DNA from: Squalus acanthias
Taxonomy: Eukaryota
Reading direction: 5' to 3'
Assembly (NCBI GenBank): GCA_030390025.1
Contig: CM059431.1
Location: 106,022,001 to 106,086,000, forward strand
Length of the DNA stretch: 64,000 nt
Part shown: positions 52,187 to 64,000 of the stretch, piece after piece
Layout of the letters: the number at the start of each line of letters is the position of its first letter
Numbering within the stretch: the stretch's first letter is position 1
Notes under the pieces: generated by a model
The model's database searches: none
Seen by the model: only the letters and a program-made list of their open reading frames with translations
What the model was told of the DNA's origin: nothing
Program-made: the position numbers and the translations under genes

Positions 52187-52572
52187 GTGTCTTGGCTTGA
52201 CTCAGTGGGTAGCATTCTTGCCTGTGAGTCAGAAGGTCGTGGGTTCAAGCCCCACACCAGAGACTTGTGCAGATAGTCTAGGCTGACACTCCAGTGCAGT
52301 GCTGAGGGAGTGCTGCACTGTCGGAGGTGTCGTCTTTTGAATCAGACCTTAGACCGAGGCCCCATCTTCCCTCTCAGGTAACGTTCTCCCCGGTATCCGG
52401 ACCAATATTTCTCCCTCAACCAACACCTAAAAACCCACCTGGTCATTAACACATTGCTGTTTGTGGGACCTTGCTGTGCACAAATGGGCTGGCGCGCTTC
52501 CTATAATACAACAGTAACTACACTTCACTTCAAAACACCTTGGGCATCCAGAGGTGGTGCAAGTCTTTCTTT
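52187..52572 (+). mobile_element. SacSINE1-like SINE
   Basis: tRNA head (gactcagtgggtagc..gggttcaagcccc) and Deu-like gcagtgctgagggagtgctgcactgtcggagg. Confidence 0.8.
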
Positions 52573-53120
52573 CTTACGCCTCTTTTGTTTCACCACTTTG
52601 TCGCCAATGTTACTCCAAAGTCAGCTGCCATGTAAATGAGTTGGTTCCACGGCACTGGTGGCAGCTCATTTACAAAAGAGGCGATGTTCGCTCACAACCC
52701 TGACAGCAGCACCGCCTCCAACAGAGCTCTGCAAAGCTGCTGCAGCAGGCGGCCATCTTTTGGGTGAGGCAGCTTGAACAGCTAATTGGTTAACAGCCAA
52801 ATCTTCCAGGCCAATGAAATGGTTTTCTTTTGCACAGCACTTTCCTCACCCAGCTGACAAACTAGCAGCCCTAACAAAACGTGACTGGCAAGTGATCTTC
52901 AAGCAATGGCGCTCGTGCGGTATAAATGGATTCCTTCTTGAAGTGCATTGGCAGCACGAGGAACTCACTGGATGCAAGGATTACTGTGAGTTTCTGATAT
53001 CTTACAAGGAGCGACCCAAATGGTTTTGAAAGATTTTATAACTATATACACATGTGTATTTTACAATTTCAGTTCAATATTCCCTGATGTATCTTTCAGA
53101 CTAATAGGACGGCGTATTGG

Positions 53121-53572
53121 ACGTCAACCTTGGCTCAGTTGGTAGCACTCTCGTCTCTGAGTCAGAAGGTGAATGATTTGAGTCCCACTCCGGAGACTTG
53201 AGCCCTCCAGTGGGGAGAGGGAGCGCTGCGCTGTCGGGAGGGGCCGTCTCTCGGATCAAACGTTAAACCGAGGCCCCGTCTGACCTCTCAGGTGGGACAC
53301 GAAAGATCCCACGGCACTATTTCGGAGAAGAGAAGGGGAGTTCTCCCCGGTGTCCTGGGACAATATTTATCCCTCAACCAACAACTCAGGCAGATGATGT
53401 GGTCATTTATTTCATTGCTGTTTGTGGGAGCTTGCTGTGCACAAATTGGCTTCCGCGTTTCCCACATTACAACAGCGACTACAATTCGAAAGTGCTTCAT
53501 TGGCTGTGAAGCGCTTTGGCATGTCCTGAGGTCATGAAAGGCGCTATATAAATGCAAGTTTTTTCTTTCTTC
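53121..53572 (+). mobile_element. SacSINE1-like SINE
   Basis: Head, core (ttaaaccgaggccccgtctg) and tail (gcgctatataaatgcaagt). Confidence 0.8.
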
Positions 53573-54566
53573 TTGCTACATTATGCTTTTATCTTTGTCA
53601 GTCATTCTCTCTATCTACCCGTTTTGTATTTCATTTGAGGTTTTTTCTCTTTTTTTTCCTCTTGCTATTGATCTGCCTGCATTGTTGCTGGCGGAGAGGG
53701 TGAGTAGGTTCTGCTTCCTACATCTCTGCCAATATATTATAATCAGTAGCTAGGGGGTGCAAAGGATGAGCCCAGGTGACGTTTTTCCTCTCCCTGTGAG
53801 AAGTACCTGCCCTTCTGCTCACCCCATCTTGAAATCAGTCAGTCACTGCATGGGCTTTCCCAGAATAAACCTGGGATTCGCAACTCCACAGTACATCGTA
53901 TTAATGCTCCAACGCCTTCTGTCCAGTCTTTTCTAAAGGGGAAAAAGGATCCCCAGTGCCTTCGGAATGGGTGAGCTAATCAAAATCAAAATCGCTGCTA
54001 AAGAACTGATTGACTTCCTGAAAAATACAGCCAGCATGACCGCTGCTGAAAGGATGGCAACAGACACCTAGACAAAGACGTTAAGAAAAAAATCTGCATA
54101 GCAATCTCGCTGCTACCCACTATAGGGCACAGCATGTATCTGCATGAACTCATTTCTCTCACTCTCAAAACGTAAATTGTAACACAAGCTGCTATTAATT
54201 ACATGACTCTAGTTCTACTCACTTGTGGTATGGAGGTTGTTATATCTCTGCAGGAGCTCAGCTTAGATGAGCTCAGATGTTCAACATTAACGAATATTCC
54301 CCACATGTATAGCCATTTACTGAGAAGCTAGCCTTTTTTTTTGCTATGTGACCTGCTGCTTTTATCCCAGTGAAAACTGCTGACTTTTGCAGCTGAATAC
54401 AAGTCAGAACTGAAATCTATGATTTTGCTCCGTAAAGGCCAGAAGACCAAAAAATGTCAAAACTGTTTTCGTGTGATTGGACCTGCTCTCATCCCTTCCC
54501 CCCCCCCCCCCCCCCCCCTCGCCACGTTGTTAAACTTTTGTTTCACATGAACAAAACCGTGGTCGG

Positions 54567-54943
54567 ACTTAATTGAAGCGTTTAAGGAGATTCAAAGATT
54601 TGACAGGGTAGATAGAGAGAAACTATTTCCTCTGGTTGGGGGGCGGGAGTCCAGAACAAGGGGACATAACCTTAAAGTTAAAGCTAGGCCGTTCAGGAAG
54701 CACTTCTTCACACAATGGGTAGTGGAAATCTGGAACTCTCTCCCCCCAAAAAAGTTGTTGAGGCTGGGGGGGGGTCAATTGAAAATTTCAATACTGAGAT
54801 TGATAGATTTTTGTTAGGCAATGGTATTAAGGTTATGGAACCAATGCAGGTCGATGGAGTTAAGATGCAGATCAGCCATGATCTCACTGAATGTTGGAAC
54901 ACGCTCGAGGGGCTGAACGGCCTCCTCCTGTTCCTATGTCCCT
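54567..54943 (+). mobile_element. CR1 3' fragment
   Basis: gatagagagaaactatttcctctgg...ggggctgaacggcctcctcctgttcct. Confidence 0.8.
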
Positions 54944-55850
54944 AATTGCAGTGGAAAACACAGCAATCAGAGCTTGCGAACTTAAAGCTATCTTCTTCCT
55001 TTGCCTCCTGTCGGTTTTGTTTTACGCGTTTACAAGTTTTTAGTAATGGTCTGACTGATACTCTCATCGCCAAAGAAGGAAGTTCTCCATGCTTTGTCAG
55101 CGCAGTCAGTGTTGCATGGCTACAGTGTCTAACACGAGTGTGTTTGACAGACTTGGCCTTTGGTGAGATGAAAGCGTCTATCGTCTGTATTCAAGTCACT
55201 GCATTAGCTTTTCCATGTTCTGTCCAAGCTGCCGGAAACATAGCCAATGCTGATCACTGCAAGTGGCTCATGTAACATAGATTTCCTTAATTCTTATTCA
55301 AGTAAGTTGCCAGTCAAGGAGGACTCAGCCTTTCATCTCATTATAAAACTGTGAGTCATTAGAAAAAAATCTTGGCATTGAGGGAGAGAGAAAGAGATCT
55401 GACAGTTCAAATTTTAGTCAATCCTCACAGTTCCTTTTCTTATTTAAAAATAGACTATCTTCAACAAACAGCATGGCTTTTGTGCATGTTATGAAAAGCA
55501 GGTCTGTAACAAATAGAATATGAATGGTAAACTTTACAATTAACCATCAACACTCGTATCTCACATTTTTATTTAATAGTTCTTCTACCTTCAAGCGTGA
55601 TACCAAATCTTTTTTTTTAAAAGAGTGCTGGATGGTACATTAGGTTAGATAGTGATTGTTCACCTCCAGAACCTGGGTTCAAATGGGATTCAAATCTCCT
55701 CCGTCTGCCAGCTGTAAGAGTCTTCTGTGAAATGAGTTTCATCAGTCTCAAACCAGTTCTTAGTGGAAAGAGAACTTCCGCTAATTCAACACTGGGTTGA
55801 CAAGTGCACTCAGAAAGGGGGCTTAAAACAAACCTCTATATCTCTAAAAC

Positions 55851-55938
55851 AACAACAGAAAATGCTGGAAACACTCAGCAGGTTAGGCAGCATCGGGCAG
55901 AGAGAAACAGAGTTAACGTTTCAGGTTGATGACCCTTC
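55851..55938 (-). mobile_element. PLE family A terminus, hammerhead truncated
   Basis: Minus strand gaagggtcatcaacctgaaacgttaactctg...; the CTGA part is missing. Confidence 0.7.
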
Positions 55939-55945
55939 TATATCT

Positions 55946-56610
55946 CTGGCTCAATGGCTAGCACTCTCGCCACTGAGTCATGAAGGTTGTAGGTTCAAGT
56001 CTTAGAAGTATATCGCCGATCCTTCATCGTCACTGGGTCAAAATCCTGGAACTCCCTCCCTAACAGCACAGTGGGAGCACCTTCACCACACGGACTGCAG
56101 CGGTTTAAGAAGGCGGCTCACCACCACCTTCTTAAGGACAATTAGGGACGGGCAATAAATGCTGGCCTTGCCAGCGACGCCCGCATCCCATAAGCGAATT
56201 TAAAAAAGTCCCACTCCCGAGCCTTGAGCACAAAATCCAGGCTGACACTCCCAGTGCAACACCCAAGGAATGTTGCACTGTCGGAGGTGCTGTCTTTCTG
56301 ATGAGACGTTAAACCGAGGCCCCGTCTGCTCTCTCAGGTGGACGCAAAAGATCCCTACGGCACTATCTGGAAGAAGAGCAGGTGAGTCCTGGGCTATTAT
56401 TTATCCCTCAACCAACATCAATAAAAACAGATTATCCGTTCATTATCACAATGCCGTTTGTGGGAGCTTGCTGTGCACAAATTGGCTGCCGCGTTTCCTA
56501 CATTACAGCAGTAGCTGCACTTTAAAATGACTTCATTGGCTGTAAAGTGCTTTGGGACGTCCTGTGGTCGTGAAAGGCATTACAGAAATGCAAGTCTTCC
56601 TTTCTTTCTT
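55946..56610 (+). mobile_element. SacSINE1-like SINE interrupted by a LINE 3' fragment (56002-56205)
   Basis: The head ends at ggttcaagtc and resumes at aagtcccactcc after the LINE tail; aagtc is duplicated. Confidence 0.8.
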
Positions 56611-57256
56611 TGGTAGTCCATTCTATTCTGGTCTTTGCGGTTCTGCCAGTCAGTACTGGCATTTGTAAGGCTGTGTTTGAGCACTCGAAGCTTCCCAAGT
56701 CTAATTAAACAACACTGGCTTTACTGGCAGGTTTGAGAGCATCATACTTTCATCGATACAGAGAGATTAAAAATCCATATAACAACCTTAAGCGTAGGGG
56801 AATGTCAGCCAGTAACATTTCACTTCAAACTGAATATTGATTTGTGCTCACAGTATTGTTTAATAAGGCTTAATTCGAGCAGCTGAGCCAATGAGGCTGC
56901 TGCTATAATTATGAACACGAATACAGTGGCCAGTATTATACAGTGTCCGTGGCTCTTTCTGCAATGTATTGCGGAATTTGCATAGCACTTGTCGATGCTG
57001 AGTGATGGAAGCAATTTGGGGTCAGTATCAATTGAGAAGGCTAAAGTAGAAAAAGACATGCTGTAAATGCAAGCACAAACTCGGGATGGGAGCGTAACCA
57101 CCATTTAAAGGGGAAGGGATAATTAAAGGGGAGTGTCAGACTAGTTAGAGGAGCGACAACCTGTTGGAGGCAGATACTTCCTGGTCCACGCCCTGAAACC
57201 TACGCCATGACACGAAGTGGAACACCCGCCCATTCTCCACTACCTGATTTACAGTG

Positions 57257-57581
57257 GTCATGATGCGGCGATGCCGGTGTTGGACTGGGGTGGACAAAAA
57301 TTAGAAGTCGCACAACACCAGGTTATAGTCCAACAGTTTTATTTAAAATTACGAGCTTTCGGAGCGCTGCTCCTTCGTCAGGTAAAGGTACAGTGAGGGA
57401 ATCGATTACACAGTATATATACACAGTATATCTCTGCAGACAAATTGTTCTCTGTGTATATATACTGTGTAATAGATTCCCTCACTGTACCTTTACCTGA
57501 AGAAGGAGCAGCGCTCCGAAAGCTCGTAATTTTAAATAAAACTGTTGGACTATAACCTGGTGTTGTGCGACTTCTCATTTT
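57257..57581. mobile_element. Palindromic PLE family B element with two inverted hammerhead motifs
   Basis: ~132-bp arms (57295-57426 / 57452-57583, about 3 mismatches), 25-nt spacer, 12-bp TSD tgatttacagtg (57245-57256, 57582-57593). Confidence 0.85.
57349..57385 (-). ncRNA. Minimal type-I hammerhead ribozyme motif (mirror copy on the plus strand at 57493-57529)
   Basis: ttac-CTGACGA-a-ggagc-agc-gctcc-GAAA-g-CTC-gtaa; stem I ttac/gtaa covaries with tcac/gtga of the 14-kb copy. Confidence 0.75.
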
Positions 57582-57728
57582 TGATTTACAGTGTTACAAT
57601 GGGGAACTGCCAGTGGAAAATATAGAATGGTATCTCATCACAGTATGACCTAGAGACCTTACCTGGCTTTTCAATGATTACTTCACTTCCAGAAATAAAT
57701 ATAAATATAGATATATGTGTATGTAATG

Positions 57729-58040
57729 TAACAACAGCAGCTTGCATTTATATAGCGCCTTTAGCGTAATAAATTGTCCCTAGGCATTTCACAGGAGTGT
57801 TATTAGACAGAATTTGACACCGAGCCAGATATGGAGTTATAGGACAAAAGCTCAGTCAAAGAGATAGGTTTTAAGGAGCTTCTTAAAGGAGGAGAGAGGT
57901 GTAGAGAGGCGGAGAGAATTACAGAGCTTAGGGGCTAGGCAGCTGAAGGCGCGGCCACCAATGGTGGAGCAAGAGGCCAGAATTAGCGGAACGCAGGGAT
58001 CTCAGAGGGTTGTGGGGTGGAGGAGGCTGCAGTGATAGGG
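57729..58040 (-). mobile_element. L2 3' fragment
   Basis: cttgcatttatatagcgccttta...ggcagctgaaggc.cggccaccaatggtggagc. Confidence 0.8.
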
Positions 58041-58824
58041 TAGATTATAGATATATATGTGTACATATTTGTAAATGTTGGTGGTCTAATCTTTAAAAGA
58101 ACACATGGTACACTTTCAAGTGAAAGCAATAACTCATTGACCCAAATAAACACAACTCCCAGGGTCGAGGGCTGCTGACAGAGCTTACTTGTGCATCTGG
58201 TTGAAGTAGCATCTTCCACAGTCAGCAGTTCTACTAACAGTAAGACCTGCTCCATGCTCTACCCTCATGCTGTTTAAACAGTACTGATCCATTACAACGG
58301 AGGGAAACCACTCGGCAGTGAGGCTCCTGCTGGGAGCATCTGCCACGGTGGAGCAGGGTTTTCAACATTTATTACTTTTTGTTATTCATTCACTAAAGAA
58401 AAGCTGCTAAAAAAACACTGTAATTGGAGAGAATCCGCCCCGTTCCCCCACGCCACCATCCTTCCCCTTCACTCCCTGGGAACACTTTCATCTCTGCTCT
58501 CTCGGGTCTGATGGTGTGAGTTGGAAGGTTGGGATTCCTTTCCACATGACTTCTAGTTTGGAGTGCGTTAGGGGGACACAGACACAGCAATTCCAGATCA
58601 TCCTCCCAATACTAAAATTGAAAGGATTTCTGCTCAGTGTTGCAGTACTAAGTGCATCGGAGTACCAGTATGCTGCACAATGGAAAAGTGAGGTATGGGT
58701 CTCAGATCTCTGATTTCATTCATATTGAGTTCTAGTCCCAACTTCAAGGACCAGCCTGGAAGGCTGGTGTTTACTTGCAGAGGGAGAAAGAATTTTTGAG
58801 AAATAGCCAACACAGGTCATTCTT

Positions 58825-59044
58825 TACATAGAATGCACAGCACAGAAACAGGCCATTCGGCCCACTGGCCCATGCTCCACACGAGCCTTCTCCCACCCCT
58901 CTTCCTATAACCCTATCAGCATATCCTGCTATTCCTTTCTTCAGCTTCCCCTTAAATGCATCTACGCTATTCGCCTCAACCACTCCCTGTGGCAGCGAGT
59001 TCCACATTCTCACCACTCTCTGGATAAAGAAGTTTCTCCTGAAT
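58825..59044 (-). mobile_element. CR1 3' fragment
   Basis: VRMWNSLPQGVVEANSVDAFKGKL. Confidence 0.85.
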
Positions 59045-59348
59045 TTGTGTGCCGGGGGGGTGTGGGGGGGTGTACAATGTTGTCACAAGCAAGTGTTCAT
59101 ACATAAACACGCATACTGCACCCATGTTCCTGGGCCAGTGACCACTGCAGAGACCATCTTAATGTGTGAAACATTAAACGTTCAGAACCCCTTTAATATA
59201 CAACACACAGAAAGGTCAGGTTACCCTTCTCTACAGGCCGACCTGCTGTCTCATACATCCAAAATTGCTTGTCTGTTGCTTGCTTTGTTTACCGGGGTGG
59301 AAACAGTTCCCCAGTGGCGGGGGTCCACTTGCTAAAAGAAGAAAATAA

Positions 59349-59922
59349 GGCTCTGGTGAGACCCCCATTTAGAGCACTGCGTTCAGTTCTGGGCATTGCA
59401 CCTCAGGAAGGATATATTGGCCTTGGAGAGGGTGCAGTGTAGATTCATCAGAATGATACCATGGCTAAAAGGGTTGAATTATGAGGCAGGTTGAATAAAC
59501 TAGGCTTGTATTCCTTTGAATATAGAAGATTAAGGGGTGATCTAACTGAGGTGTTTAAGATAATTAAAGGATTTGATAGGGTAAGATAGAGAGAAACTAT
59601 TTCCTCTGGTGGGGGAGTCCAGAACAAGGGGGCATAACATTAAAATTGGAGTTAGGCTGTACAGGGGTGATGGCAGGAAGCACACTCTTCACACAAAGGG
59701 TAGTGGAAATCTGGAACTCTCTTCCCCAAAAAGCTGTTGAGGCTGGGGAGTCAATAGAAAATTTCAAAACTGGGATTGAATTATTTTTGTTGGGCAAGGG
59801 TATTAAGGGTTACGGAACCAAGGCGGGTCGATGGAGATAAGATACAGATCAGCCGTGATCAAATTGAATGACAGCACAGGCTCGAGGGGCTGAATGGCCT
59901 CCTCCTGTTCCTATATTCCTAT
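59349..59922 (+). mobile_element. CR1 3' fragment
   Basis: ggctctggtgagacccc.tttagagcactgcgttcagttctggg..., FTQRVVEIWNSLP, UTR. Confidence 0.85.
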
Positions 59923-60165
59923 AAGAGGTCACAGTTCAATATCTATGTGAATGCAGTCCAGTCTGTGCCGATAAGCTTTAGTCTGTGGAAATTTCCTTGA
60001 GCTTGCTGTTCATTCCGTTTCAATGGGATACACCAATGTAAGGAAGCTCAGCTCTCATTAGAACTGAAGCTTGGTCTACAGAGGCCCGAGAGCTGAACAA
60101 TTTCTGGCTCCGCACTGCACAACATCTTCACCACCCTGCTGAAGGTAAGGTCATTAGGAGAGAGC

Positions 60166-60454
60166 TTACATAGAATTACATAGAACGTGCAGCACAGAAA
60201 CAGGCCATTTGGCCCAACAGGTTTATGCTCCACACGAGCCTCCTCCCACCCATCTTCATCTCCCTTTAACAGCATGTCCTTCTATTCCTTTCTCCCTCAT
60301 GTGCTTATCTAACTTTCCCTTAAAGGCATCTAGGCTAGTCGCCAAACTGCTCCTTGTGGTAGTGAGTTCCGCATTCCAACCACTCTCTGGATAAAGAAGC
60401 TTCTCCTGAATTCCCTGTTGGATGTATTAGTAACCATCTTATATTTATAGCCCC
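60166..60454 (-). mobile_element. CR1 3' fragment
   Basis: CR1 UTR plus the same truncation point as 33628-33836. Confidence 0.8.
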
Positions 60455-61051
60455 CGTATAGCTTCTTATACACTCAGATGATTTGAATCACAGTAAAGGG
60501 TTACGATCTCTGTTTGCCTTTCTTGTGCTTTATACAATGAAATCCTCTGCTGGCAAAATGCCCGCTGTATTCTGCTGAGCCTTTAACTCCTAAGTTTAAC
60601 ATGTCCCTGTATTGTATTCACACATGTAAACAAATGGATTATTATTTCCTTACGTATTTCCAGTATTAAAGAGAGAATAATTAAATCCTGGGAGTGATTA
60701 CAAGGCTCTAATCTTGTTGAAGGCTTCTGCCGACGTCAGGAAGCACAAGGGAAGTTGGAGCGGTCCCTTGAACCTTGTGAATAAAGTGGCAACCTTGAAA
60801 TTACTGGCTACCTCTCTGTTCATTCTCACATCATGTCACCAGCAAAATCTGTGCTCGAGGTTTTTAACCTGTGTTGGATCCGTTTTCGCCTTTTGCCAAT
60901 GACAGGTTGATGGCCAGCGCAGTGCATATAGCTCACTAAATTATTAATGGCTGCATGCTTTTTGGGTGATTATTCGCAGCGGCTAAGTGGGAAATAACAG
61001 AGTCGTGCTACATTAATAAGAAGAAAAAAAGCGCAAAACAAACTGACAGTT

Positions 61052-61501
61052 AAAATAAAGACAGAAGGTGATGGAAATACACAGCAGGTTAATCAGCATC
61101 CGAAAAGATAGGTTAGTGGTTTGGGTGCAGATCCTTTGTCAGACCGGGAAGATAAGCAAGTCCCTGAATAGGAGTGAAATAAAAGGAAGAAGAGGTGTGG
61201 GAGAGGAAGAGGAAGAACAACAGAAATCAAGAGTCAAGTATGAAAGCGACTATCACAAAGAGGGCAGTTGGGTTATGGAAAATTGGAAAGAAATGAAAAT
61301 CTGTTGGACAATATAAAAAGATCATGAATGTCAGGCAGTGAAGGAACCTGTAAAAAAACTCAACTCCAAAAGGGATAGGAACAAAGTGGAAAGTGGATGA
61401 GAAAAGTAGACAGAAAATGGGGGAGACAACTAAGATGTGAAATTGCTGAAGTCACTGTGGAGACCAGAGCCTTGCAGACTGCACAGAGGAAAGAGTAGAT
61501 A
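61052..61501 (-). mobile_element. Old, divergent Penelope-like element 3' end
   Basis: 61501-61430 reads YLLFPLCSLQGSGLHSDFSNFTS*, comparable to GTLQPSGLNIEFNNFRP* at 10539. Downstream lie a decayed ctgacaaaggatctgcacccaaac and a family-A-like tail. Confidence 0.6.
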
Positions 61502-61734
61502 CCAGGGGCAATTGGACCACCCTCTGGTGTCAGTGGGGTACTTTGCCCAGCAGCAGCATGCTTTGGAAATTCTGGTGCGCACTTACTGCGGTTCTACCAT
61601 TCGGAGAATAGTGAGCAGTGCGCGCCTCTATCTTTCTGATTTAGATCTCTGGTGGGTGAGACTTCCTGGCAGTGGATTCTTGAAAAAGTACCCAGACTCT
61701 GTCTGAAATTTGCACTGAGCTTGGTTAGAACAAT

Positions 61735-62165
61735 GATTGGTCCCCCATCCACCACCTTAAACATTCACTCCCTCCACCACCTGCACACCGTGGCTGCCAT
61801 GTGCACCACCTACAAGATGCACTGCAGCAACTCGCCAAGGCTTCTTCGGCAGCACCTCCCAAACCCGCGACCTCTTCCACCTAGAAGGACAAGGGCAGCA
61901 GGCGCGTGGGAACACCACCACCTCCAAGTTCCCCTCCAAGTCACACACCATCCTGACTTGGAAATATATCGCTGTTCCTTCATCGTCGCTGGGTCAAAAT
62001 CCTGGAACTCCCTCCCTAACAGCGCTGTGGGAGTACTTTCACCACACAGACTGCAGCGGTTCATGAAGGCGACTCACCACCACCTTCTCAAGGGCAATTA
62101 GGGATGGGCAATAAATGCTGGCCTTGCCAGCGACACCCACATCCCATAAACAAATTTTTAAAAAA
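61735..62165 (+). mobile_element. LINE 3' fragment (family of 23536)
   Basis: LNIHSLHHLHTVAAMCTTYKMH...KSWNSLP. Confidence 0.8.
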
Positions 62166-62377
62166 TGTAGGAGACCAAAGATGGGGAAGATGGAAGTAGG
62201 AATAGGAGAGGGACTTGAACTGGCTGACTGACAGATTATCTACTTGCATGCAGGAATGCAATAGTAATATTGTACTTGGGTTAATTTCCACAATTGCCTA
62301 TGTGTTGAATTCCTCCTCTCACTCATGTCCTGAACTGTACATACATTGCCATTCCTTCATCGTCCCTTGGTCAGTAT

Positions 62378-62837
62378 AAAAGAAAAGAAAGATTTGCATT
62401 TCTATAGTGCCTTTCACAATTCAGGACATGCCAATGCGCTTTACAGCCAATTAAGTACTTTTGAAGTGTAGTCACTGTTATAAGGTAGGAATCGCGACAG
62501 CCAATTTGCCCACAAACAGCAATGTGATAATGACCAGATAAACTGTTTGGTGATGTTGATTGAGGGATAAATATTGGCGAGGACAACAGGGATAAACTCC
62601 CCTGCTCTTCTTTGAAATAGTGCCATGGTATCTTTTACGTCCACCTGAGAGAGCAGACGGGGCCTCAGTTTAACATCTCATCCAAAAGACGGCCCCTCTG
62701 ACAGTGCAGCACGCCCTCAGTACCGCACTGGAATGTCAGCCTAGATTTTTGTGCTCAAGTCTCTGGAGTGGGATTTGAACCCACAACCATTCTGACTCAG
62801 AGGTAAGAGTGCTACCAACTGAGCCATGGCTGACACT
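62378..62837 (-). mobile_element. SacSINE1-like SINE, full length
   Basis: A and B boxes, core and tail. Confidence 0.85.
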
Positions 62838-62989
62838 TGGAATATCTTGGAATTTCCTTCCTAACAGCGTCATGACCATAAGTATTGCATTAGCACAGTG
62901 CTGACTGTGGCAGAACCACAAAGGCAGACTGGAGAAAGAAAGAACTTGCATTTATGTAGCGTCATCACCATAAGTATTACAATAGAGAA

Positions 62990-63190
62990 AAATAAAGAAA
63001 TATTTGCATTTCTATAGCGCCTTTCAGAACCTCAGGACTTCCCAAAGCGCTTTACAGCCAATGAAGTACTTGTTGAAGTGTAGTCACTGTTGTAATGTGC
63101 GAAACGCGGCAGCTAATTTGGGCACAGCAAGATCCGCCAAACAAGCAATGAAATAATGATCAGATAAATCTGTTTTAGTGATGTTGGTTC
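62990..63190 (-). mobile_element. SacSINE1-like 3' fragment
   Basis: Matches the tail of the other copies. Confidence 0.75.
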
Positions 63191-64000
63191 AAAGAGGACA
63201 CCCACCACCACTATCTAGGGATGGGCAATAAATACAGCCCAGTGTTGCCCAGATCCCACGAACAAATAAAAAAAAATTCACGCTTCAGGCTGATAAAAGA
63301 AGCAGCTCCCTTTCTACGCACAACGAGATATCTGTTAATAAAGAGCAGCAAGATTCTCAGTGAAGCATTACGGTGGAGTAGCACAGGAACAGGGAGCCGA
63401 GAGAGCAACTGTACCAATGGAAATCAAATTGGGGGGTTTCTCAAATTTTCCATAAAGTGTGGGAATTGATTCTTCTCACCATTTCAGGAGAATGCAATCA
63501 GGAGTTGGTGGGTAAATGAGGGGGATTGCATCAGTCCTTCCTCGTTCCATTATTTTCAACACATTGCGTTATTGATCAGGCCTCAATGAATGCCAAGAAA
63601 AAAAGGTCTGGTTAAGAATTACTGTGACATTTCCCATTGTACAAATAAAGTGATGGCGATAAGCTGAGCCCTTAAAAGAAACTACAGCTCTCAGCTTCTA
63701 TTTACAAGACAAGACAAAGCAGGGAGTGTTGAACTGATTGTTACAGAGACCTAAGAAAAGGATTCTTTCGCATATGTATTTCTACTTAATCCTCCTTAAT
63801 TAACTTTTAGTTTCAAACAAACTCAGTAATTGAAGCATATATATTTTTCTGAGCGTAAGGCCTGCTTTTACCAGCATAAGAGTTTAAAAAAATAGAAAAA
63901 TAAGATTATATCACTCACTTATAAATTAAAAACCCTGTCCAATAAGGTAATTTTATATTAAGCCCCGTTTTAACATTAAAAAACAATTACATTTTTGTTT

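Noticed and set aside
21400..64000. Additional upstream PCDH9 exons (small alternative exon or cadherin-repeat exon)
   Set aside because: None recognised in the ORF track or by eye; a short divergent exon cannot be excluded without spliced alignment.

Overview
This is eukaryotic DNA, almost certainly from a cartilaginous fish (shark-type SacSINE1/DeuSINE, HE1-like V-SINE, CR1, L2 and Penelope-like repeats). It is mostly intron of protocadherin-9 (PCDH9, minus strand). One 202-bp coding exon (21104-21305) encodes the cytoplasmic RRVTF PP1-docking motif and a CM1-type DSGLGD motif. Nearly all other ORFs are retroelement relics or chance ORFs. The most notable signal is a set of minimal type-I hammerhead ribozyme motifs (CTGANGA-stem II-GAAA-palindromic stem III-NTH) carried by at least two Penelope-like element (PLE) families. 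Four copies are short fold-back palindromes with 12-15 bp target-site duplications, and the copies show compensatory stem changes. The window also holds three short duplications of sequence I do not recognise as repeat (one preserving a pre-insertion empty site), an old ~2.6-kb inverted repeat hidden by later insertions, a 19-bp minisatellite expanded inside a palindrome, several MITEs and a tRNA-Asp pseudogene. Repeat boundaries and family names were read by eye and are approximate.
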